Assembly: GCA_964535955.1 (NCBI GenBank)
Contig: CAZHVK010000004.1
Location: forward strand, 6,222 to 70,221
Source: an uncultured Methanosarcinales archaeon
Lineage (GTDB): Archaea > Nanobdellota > Nanobdellia > Woesearchaeales > CAXGTL01
DNA length: 64,000 bases
Direction: 5' to 3'
In this document: positions 58,043-64,000 of the stretch, one piece after another
How the letters are laid out: each line of letters starts with the position of its first letter
How positions within the stretch are numbered: position 1 is the stretch's first letter
Position numbers and translations under genes: made by a program
Notes under the pieces: model-generated
Told to the model about the DNA's origin: nothing
The model's input: the letters and a program-made list of their open reading frames with translations, nothing else
Databases searched by the model: none

Positions 58043-58927
58043 ATGAGCTTAACAAAAATATTAACAACAACATTATTAGTAGGTGGTATGATGTTTAATT
58101 ACATAGTCAGACCAGCACTAGCTAAAAACCAACCAGTACAAATTGCTGTAATTGATTATAATTCAGAACTAGAAAAATTAGATGAATTATATGGCAAAGC
58201 AAGAACACATGGTGAAAGGGATAAAATAAGTGAATTAATAACAAAATACAAGAGCATTAAATTACTAAGCATTGGTCTTGATGAATTAGAAAGATCAATT
58301 GGTGATGTTGAAAAACTAGAAAATGAATTAAGTGATATTGTTAGTGGAAATGATACTGACAACAACAACCAAGGCAATTATACAGACAATACAGTTCCAG
58401 AGCCTAAGGAAGTGTATGATAATTATGTAGATGATATTCTAAACCCAGAAATAGAACAATCAGAAGAACTAGATATATTTCCAGAAGAGACAGAACAAGA
58501 AACACAATATGATACACAACCAGAAGAAGAACAAGAAACACAACAAGAGCTCAAAGAATATCCATTAGGTGTTCTTATTTTAGAAGATGTATATTTAGAT
58601 AAAATAATGAATATACCAGACCAGCCAAAAGCAGTAAACCCTGCTCATAATTTTTGTTTACAAAGAGATGTTGCAGACATGATTATAACAACATATGCAT
58701 GTGAACTTGAGCATGGAAGACATGTAGAAAAACAAGGAGATACAATCAAGGTAAAGATTTCAGGAAATGTTTCTGGTGAATATTGTCTAAAAGCAAGAGA
58801 CAATCTGATTAAAGCGCTAGAATCAAGATACACAACAGAAGAAGTACAGGAACTTGCAAAGACAAACCCAGGTATTAGTATTTTGTTTCCTATAATATCT
58901 CCGTACATACCATTAGAAGGTGAATAA
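58043..58927 (+). CDS. Secreted acidic protein (294 aa)
   Basis: Signal peptide ILTTTLLVGGMMFNYIVRPALA then D/E/Q/T-rich regions; RBS AGGAGG. Confidence 0.5.
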   Translation: MSLTKILTTTLLVGGMMFNYIVRPALAKNQPVQIAVIDYNSELEKLDELYGKARTHGERDKISELITKYKSIKLLSIGLDELERSIGDVEKLENELSDIVSGNDTDNNNQGNYTDNTVPEPKEVYDNYVDDILNPEIEQSEELDIFPEETEQETQYDTQPEEEQETQQELKEYPLGVLILEDVYLDKIMNIPDQPKAVNPAHNFCLQRDVADMIITTYACELEHGRHVEKQGDTIKVKISGNVSGEYCLKARDNLIKALESRYTTEEVQELAKTNPGISILFPIISPYIPLEGE

Positions 58928-59597
58928 AATGGAAAACTTAGAAGAAAGAATGAAAAAACATAACAAACCACTTCACGAAGGTGATAATACTGGTAGGACA
59001 TTATTAGTCTTATGTGCAGGCATAGCAGCAATCGGATCTTGGTGGGTCTATGGGTTTGTATTAGATGATAAAGATGTTCCTTATGAAAGAGAAATAAAAC
59101 AGATTGTTAGAGAATACAAATCAGACAAACAACAAGAATCTCCTTTATTTCCAGAATCACAACCAATTGATTCTGAAGGTGTATATGAAGGAGATATCTC
59201 AGGTGGATCAGGAATTCCTCAGTCTGTTTATGACAAAGAAAAAACTGATTATGAAAACCAAGGAGCTCTTTTCTTGAATGAAACAACAGGTGAACTTATC
59301 AGAGTAAATGAGAAAGGCTTTATTGTTTCATATGACAAACCAGAAGCAGTTAATGAATTAATGATTGGTGGTTATATCAGTGACCACAAGCTATTAAACG
59401 AATGGGAAGAAAAGACACAAGACGAACAACAAGATATTTATTTTTTCCAGAACCTTACAGATGGTACAATAATCTCAGTAAACAAACATTACAGAATACA
59501 ATCAATAGAAGAACCTCTAAATTCAGACACTTTAGAAAAAGGTGTTTACATCAATGATAACACACTATTGAATGAATGGGAACATATTGAAGAATAA
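58920..59597 (+). CDS. Single-pass membrane protein with internal duplicated motif (225 aa)
   Basis: TM helix LLVLCAGIAAIGSWWVYGFVL; duplicated ..D(H/N)(K/T)LLNEWE.. motif. Confidence 0.5.
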   Translation: MNKMENLEERMKKHNKPLHEGDNTGRTLLVLCAGIAAIGSWWVYGFVLDDKDVPYEREIKQIVREYKSDKQQESPLFPESQPIDSEGVYEGDISGGSGIPQSVYDKEKTDYENQGALFLNETTGELIRVNEKGFIVSYDKPEAVNELMIGGYISDHKLLNEWEEKTQDEQQDIYFFQNLTDGTIISVNKHYRIQSIEEPLNSDTLEKGVYINDNTLLNEWEHIEE

Positions 59598-59609
59598 AGG
59601 TGAAACAAA

Positions 59610-60401
59610 ATGAATAAAAATATAAAAAATCTCGGAAAAACAGTATTAGGCTTGACAACTTTAGCAGCTTTATTATATGTTAATCCTATAAATGCAAAAG
59701 AAAACTCAGCTAATAAAAATCCAAGACCTAGGAAATGTATAAGTTATTCTTCTGTCGGTGGAACTAAAGAAAAAGCATTTAAAATTAATAATGCACAGGG
59801 AGAACCAGTTCTTCATAAAGGCTCATTACTTGTACATCTTGTTAAAAATTCAATGCTTTTTGTCGTGATTGATGGTTGTAAATATGAAATCCATGAGACA
59901 AGTGGAAATGATAAACCAGATTCAGCAAAAGTTTTGCAAGACAAGAAACATTATGCAACACAAGGACAATTGGCAACAGAAAATAAATATGGTGATTTTT
60001 ATAGGAGGATAAGAGATGGCGTTATTAAAGAATATGCTGATAATTTGATCAGAATCCTGAATAATGAGGAAGAACCAGAACACCTTACAATTGATAATAC
60101 TAGTTATAATTATTTTAGTGCAGAAGACGAAGAGATCATAAATATTTTTGCCACTGATAAAAATGGAACAAGATATAGTTTTTGTGCAAATCTCTCTGAC
60201 AAAAGTGTTCGAGATTTTAAAGTTGACAATAAAATAGACAGGATAAGTATAGACATACAAAATAACTATTCAAAAGATGTTCAAGGATTACTTGTAGGAA
60301 TAATTGATTCTGCTATTGGTTATAAAGAAAAAGAAAAAGAATCACAATCTCAGAGACATGATCAAATACAGCAAGAGATCCTAGAACAATTCGGATATTA
60401 G
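59610..60401 (+). CDS. Secreted protein (263 aa)
   Basis: Signal peptide LGLTTLAALLYVNPINA; RBS AAGGTGA. Confidence 0.5.
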   Translation: MNKNIKNLGKTVLGLTTLAALLYVNPINAKENSANKNPRPRKCISYSSVGGTKEKAFKINNAQGEPVLHKGSLLVHLVKNSMLFVVIDGCKYEIHETSGNDKPDSAKVLQDKKHYATQGQLATENKYGDFYRRIRDGVIKEYADNLIRILNNEEEPEHLTIDNTSYNYFSAEDEEIINIFATDKNGTRYSFCANLSDKSVRDFKVDNKIDRISIDIQNNYSKDVQGLLVGIIDSAIGYKEKEKESQSQRHDQIQQEILEQFGY

Positions 60402-60412
60402 GTGAATAAAAA

Positions 60413-60670
60413 ATGTCAGACAACACTCCAGAAAAATACATTGCAGTAATGAAGCCGTACATCAGCAAAGTAAAACAATATTTTTCAAAGGTTTTTACTG
60501 ATAATGGAGGTAAGATTCCTTTTAAAGGTTTATCAAGAGACCTTTATGATCAATTTAATATTTTGCCAATCAAAATAATACCTTCAGAAAATAAAAGACA
60601 AATATCAATACGCAGGGAAATGAAAATTCCATTATATCCTGTGATACAAGACTTTGTCTATCCAATATAA
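60413..60670 (+). CDS. Small hypothetical protein (85 aa)
   Basis: ORF with RBS TAGGTGA. Confidence 0.4.
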   Translation: MSDNTPEKYIAVMKPYISKVKQYFSKVFTDNGGKIPFKGLSRDLYDQFNILPIKIIPSENKRQISIRREMKIPLYPVIQDFVYPI

Positions 60671-60683
60671 GAGGAAATAAAAA

Positions 60684-62780
60684 ATGAAATACAGAAAAAC
60701 ATTAGGAACTGCAATTTCATTGCTAGCTGCACCTTTTTTATATTTTGCACAGCCAGCAAAAGCAGATACTTTTGATAAAGTAGTTTCAAAAAGCAATAAA
60801 GAATTCCAACAAAGTTTACAAAAAAGTAACAAAGAGTTTGATGAAAGATTGCAACAAAGTAACAAAGATTTTGAACAAGGATTGCAAAAGAGTGAACAAG
60901 AATTCCAAAAAAAATTAGAACAAAGTGACAAACAATACCAAGAACAATTACAAAAAAGTGAAAAAGAATTTGATGAACATTTAGAAAAAAGTAATAAAGA
61001 ATTTGAACAAGCTTTAAAAAAAAGCAATCTAAGATTTAAACAAGGACTTGAAAATACAAGAAAAAGGTTTGATGAAAAAATATATAATTTTCATAAAGAA
61101 TCGCAAGATGAGATCTCTGACTTAGAAAAAAAAATAAACACAAAACCTTTACCAGAAACATTTTATTATAATAACAATAGATATACACGTGTTCCACTAA
61201 AAAGATTAACAAAACCAGTAAGAAAAAAGACCACAATAAGAACAAGACCAAATAACAGAACAAATTCAACAAAAAACAGAAACACAACAACAAGAACTAA
61301 TAGATACAATCTACAACAGCAATTCAAGAAATTCAAACAATCATTAGACACAATCCTTGACAATGATGTAAAACCTTTATTTTCTACAGAAGAAGCATAT
61401 TCTTATTTCACACAACCAAGAGTCGGTGAAAAGAACAAAGTAGAGTTTGCAAAACAAGTGCACGATAAGTACAGCAAGGTATGGGCAAACAAGATGCACC
61501 AAGGTTTTCCATTGTTCAGTGCAGAGGATATCATACAATTATATAATCTAGGTAATGTTGATGACTTTTTTGCACACACAGACAAATTACTTGAATACAG
61601 ACCAGAACAAAACCAAGGAAATCCTTTTTTTCATGATGGTGAACAAATAATAAGATCTTATTTGAATAAAATGCCAGAAGAATTTATTGATGGTTGGATG
61701 AAAGTGATGGATAGATTGAATTTTGACTGTAAATTCTTAAACACAGCATGGGAATCAGGATTACATGCAGACAGTTACCTTGTAACAAAAGCATTAGCAT
61801 TAGGAGATGATAATGGCAGTCCTCTTTATAACAGGTATAATAAAGATGCACAAAGTTTGTTAGAACTGCATCAATTAGGTGCAAAAGCTGATATATTTGA
61901 TTTTTTTTCCCAGTTTAAGAGTGATAAAGGTTATTTTTTATTCAGACCACAGAGGATAAAAGAGATTGTAAAAAAAGGTTTTGACCTTGATGATGATTAT
62001 ATAAAACAATTACTAGAACTAGAACAAAGAAACAAAGAAAAACTTACAATAGGAGACATAGAAAGCGCAGCAGTAATCAAGAGCATGAATAATCCAAACT
62101 ATGTTTCATCATTATACAAGATCTTTAAAGAACAAGGAATTGATTACAAACTAAGTCTAGCAAAGATCAAAAGATATTGTCAATTAAACTTACCATTAAG
62201 AGACATCTTCTTTTATGACACAAGAAAACCAAATGCAGTGATTGTATTACCAACATCAGATCATAATGAGGCTTTTTATGGAGAATCTGGCAGAGATTTT
62301 ATCAAGTCTTTATTAAGACAATATGATGCACAGATAATAATTGCAGACACAGAACAAGATGTATATACTGGGTTAGACTATGTTCCAGATGTTTTGCTGA
62401 CAACCATCTCAGGCCATGGAACTCAAAAAACATTGTCATTAGGAGAAGCAGACCTAAGAATATATACAGGATCTGGTGACGAGACAAGGACTATTGACAC
62501 TTCTGATGTAGAATTATTATCTTATCTAAAAAAAACACACCCTAGGTCAGTTGTTTTATTAAGATCATGCCTAAATGGCAAAGGAAGACAGTATGAAGAA
62601 AACCTTGCTAATTTTACAGCAAAGTCAGGAAGAAAAGTCATCTCAGGAGATGATATTGCTAACAGAACAGAGATCACTTCATTATTTCCTTTTGACGCAG
62701 AAGTTTATCATCACGACAAAGAAACAGGAAGATACAGAAGAATTACATATAAGCCAGAGATTGGAGGAAAAATACAATGA
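60684..62780 (+). CDS. Secreted repeat protein with C-terminal His/Cys (clan CD, caspase/CHAT-like) putative peptidase domain
   Basis: Signal peptide LLAAPFLYFAQPAKA; about 8 x 11-aa SNKEF(Q/E)QxLQK repeats; basic N/T/R-rich linker; C-terminal TISGHGTQ ... VLLRSCLNGKG consistent with a His-Gly / Cys catalytic dyad arrangement. Confidence 0.55.
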   Translation: MKYRKTLGTAISLLAAPFLYFAQPAKADTFDKVVSKSNKEFQQSLQKSNKEFDERLQQSNKDFEQGLQKSEQEFQKKLEQSDKQYQEQLQKSEKEFDEHLEKSNKEFEQALKKSNLRFKQGLENTRKRFDEKIYNFHKESQDEISDLEKKINTKPLPETFYYNNNRYTRVPLKRLTKPVRKKTTIRTRPNNRTNSTKNRNTTTRTNRYNLQQQFKKFKQSLDTILDNDVKPLFSTEEAYSYFTQPRVGEKNKVEFAKQVHDKYSKVWANKMHQGFPLFSAEDIIQLYNLGNVDDFFAHTDKLLEYRPEQNQGNPFFHDGEQIIRSYLNKMPEEFIDGWMKVMDRLNFDCKFLNTAWESGLHADSYLVTKALALGDDNGSPLYNRYNKDAQSLLELHQLGAKADIFDFFSQFKSDKGYFLFRPQRIKEIVKKGFDLDDDYIKQLLELEQRNKEKLTIGDIESAAVIKSMNNPNYVSSLYKIFKEQGIDYKLSLAKIKRYCQLNLPLRDIFFYDTRKPNAVIVLPTSDHNEAFYGESGRDFIKSLLRQYDAQIIIADTEQDVYTGLDYVPDVLLTTISGHGTQKTLSLGEADLRIYTGSGDETRTIDTSDVELLSYLKKTHPRSVVLLRSCLNGKGRQYEENLANFTAKSGRKVISGDDIANRTEITSLFPFDAEVYHHDKETGRYRRITYKPEIGGKIQ

Positions 62781-63187
62781 ATAAAACAATAGGAAAAAGA
62801 CCAGAATCAATTGATAATAAAGTAGATAATCAAGTTGATGACAAATTAGATGATAACAAGACAAAAGCTTACAATGCTTTGCAAAAGATAAATGATTCTT
62901 ATGACTCAATAAGAAAATCATTAGGAACATCTAATTTAATCATTGGTGCACTTTGTCTAGGTTATGTTGTTTTAGGAGCAATGAACCTTATAGCTCAAAA
63001 ACAAGAATTCCCAATTGTAAACACAGTTCAAGAAGGTTACATACCAACAGACAGGATAGAGATTGAAGTCAAAGACCTAGATGACAGAGATGAACTTCCA
63101 GAGTCTTATATCATTGTCAATGGAAGAAGGTATCATTTGAGTTATAAAGGAAATAAGTATGAAAATATTGATTTGTTGAAGTATTAG
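62777..63187 (+). CDS. Single-pass membrane protein (136 aa)
   Basis: TM LIIGALCLGYVVLGAM; start overlaps the previous stop (ATGA). Confidence 0.45.
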   Translation: MNKTIGKRPESIDNKVDNQVDDKLDDNKTKAYNALQKINDSYDSIRKSLGTSNLIIGALCLGYVVLGAMNLIAQKQEFPIVNTVQEGYIPTDRIEIEVKDLDDRDELPESYIIVNGRRYHLSYKGNKYENIDLLKY

Positions 63188-63197
63188 GTGGGAATAA

Positions 63198-63641
63198 GTG
63201 ACACTTGACAGATTACTCAAAACAAAGCAAAGAATAAGACAAAAACATAATCAAGAACCTTTTGAAAGAGAAACAGATGAAACTTATTCTATAGTTTACC
63301 AAACACAGATGTGCTGGTATGCTGGTATGGGACATCATACAGGCACAAGGCCAAGGATAAGATATGATATAAACAAACAAACAGGATTTGTAACAGTAAC
63401 ACACTATAGACAAACAGATAATTATGTCTTACCATCACCTGAGACAGCAATGCTCATGCCTTTTGAACCTCATAAAAGAAAAGTATATTCTACAAGAGAA
63501 TTTTATGAATATCTAGAAACAGGTGATCATACACTTGGAACAAGAGTATCAATACCTAGAAAAGAAACTGTAAAAGGCCAGATTCTAAATAGAAAAAAAC
63601 TATTAGCAGAATTAATAAAAAAACACAGGTTAAAAGAATGA
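63198..63641 (+). CDS. Hypothetical protein (147 aa)
   Basis: Intact ORF in the same co-oriented cluster; RBS TAGGTGGG. Confidence 0.45.
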   Translation: MTLDRLLKTKQRIRQKHNQEPFERETDETYSIVYQTQMCWYAGMGHHTGTRPRIRYDINKQTGFVTVTHYRQTDNYVLPSPETAMLMPFEPHKRKVYSTREFYEYLETGDHTLGTRVSIPRKETVKGQILNRKKLLAELIKKHRLKE

Positions 63642-64000
63642 CAAACTTCCTAACATCACAACAAACTTTAGAACAGATTTGTGATATTGAACCGTCTAAA
63701 GATCTAGGAAATGGTATTATGAAATCTGTACTAGGTTTACCTAGTGTAACTATTTCTACAATTGCATCAAAACACCTTATTTATGAAATAATATACACTA
63801 TAAGAAGAAATCCTATAATTTCTTCTTTATCTGATAAGATTGGTGAATGTACTATAAATGGTATTGGTTTTGTTTTACTTGGAGCAGTATTTCTAGGGGG
63901 TGTATATTGTTTATTAGATGCCACTTCATCTTTTTCATCAACAATGAAAAAAGAATCAAGTTCTGTGTATTATGTTAATCAAGGATATTCAAACAAAAAC
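63638..64000 (+). CDS. Membrane protein, partial (continues past the window end)
   Basis: ATG overlapping the previous stop (ATGA); hydrophobic segments; truncated by the window edge. Confidence 0.35.
   Translation, partial: MTNFLTSQQTLEQICDIEPSKDLGNGIMKSVLGLPSVTISTIASKHLIYEIIYTIRRNPIISSLSDKIGECTINGIGFVLLGAVFLGGVYCLLDATSSFSSTMKKESSSVYYVNQGYSNKN

Overview
AT-rich (about 30% GC), gene-dense prokaryotic segment that I assign to an archaeon, most likely a DPANN-type lineage. The call rests on the hallmark genes present: the conserved archaeal superoperon pop5-psmA-sdo1-rrp4-rrp41-rrp42 (RNase P Pop5, proteasome alpha, SBDS, exosome) on the minus strand, prefoldin-alpha next to ftsY, archaeal-type class I GluRS, PriS-like AEP primases, RNase HII, e-MtaB, and Shine-Dalgarno sites of the GGAGGTGA type. 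Other housekeeping genes are MetRS, ArgRS, an intein-containing GyrB, a P-type Ca2+ ATPase, a Na+/Ca2+ exchanger, a beta-CASP RNase, an M50 protease and an HD hydrolase. The supplied ORF track often starts at GTG or TTG upstream of better ATG+RBS starts; I corrected several starts on that basis. No tRNA, rRNA or CRISPR array was found. The most unusual content, in order: (1) a family of four structured elements of about 105-165 nt at 3522, 10296, 18925 and 49714, all on the + strand and each just 5' of a + strand gene. They share a closing helix, hairpin architecture and compensatory base changes, so they look like a novel ncRNA or cis-RNA family, with a structured MITE as the alternative. (2) An 826-aa protein carrying the bacterial FliM/FliY CheY-binding N-terminal peptide (LCQDEIDALL) and two FliN/SpoA domains, unexpected in an archaeon. 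(3) Two tandem divergent AEP primase paralogs. (4) A collagen-like membrane protein with 50 uninterrupted G-X-Y triplets, plus a paralog sharing its C-terminal module. (5) A GyrB intein with an HNH endonuclease, and a free-standing LAGLIDADG gene coupled to rnhB. (6) A 3' cluster of secreted or membrane proteins, including a Hanks-type kinase with four tandem repeats and a repeat protein with a putative His/Cys peptidase domain.
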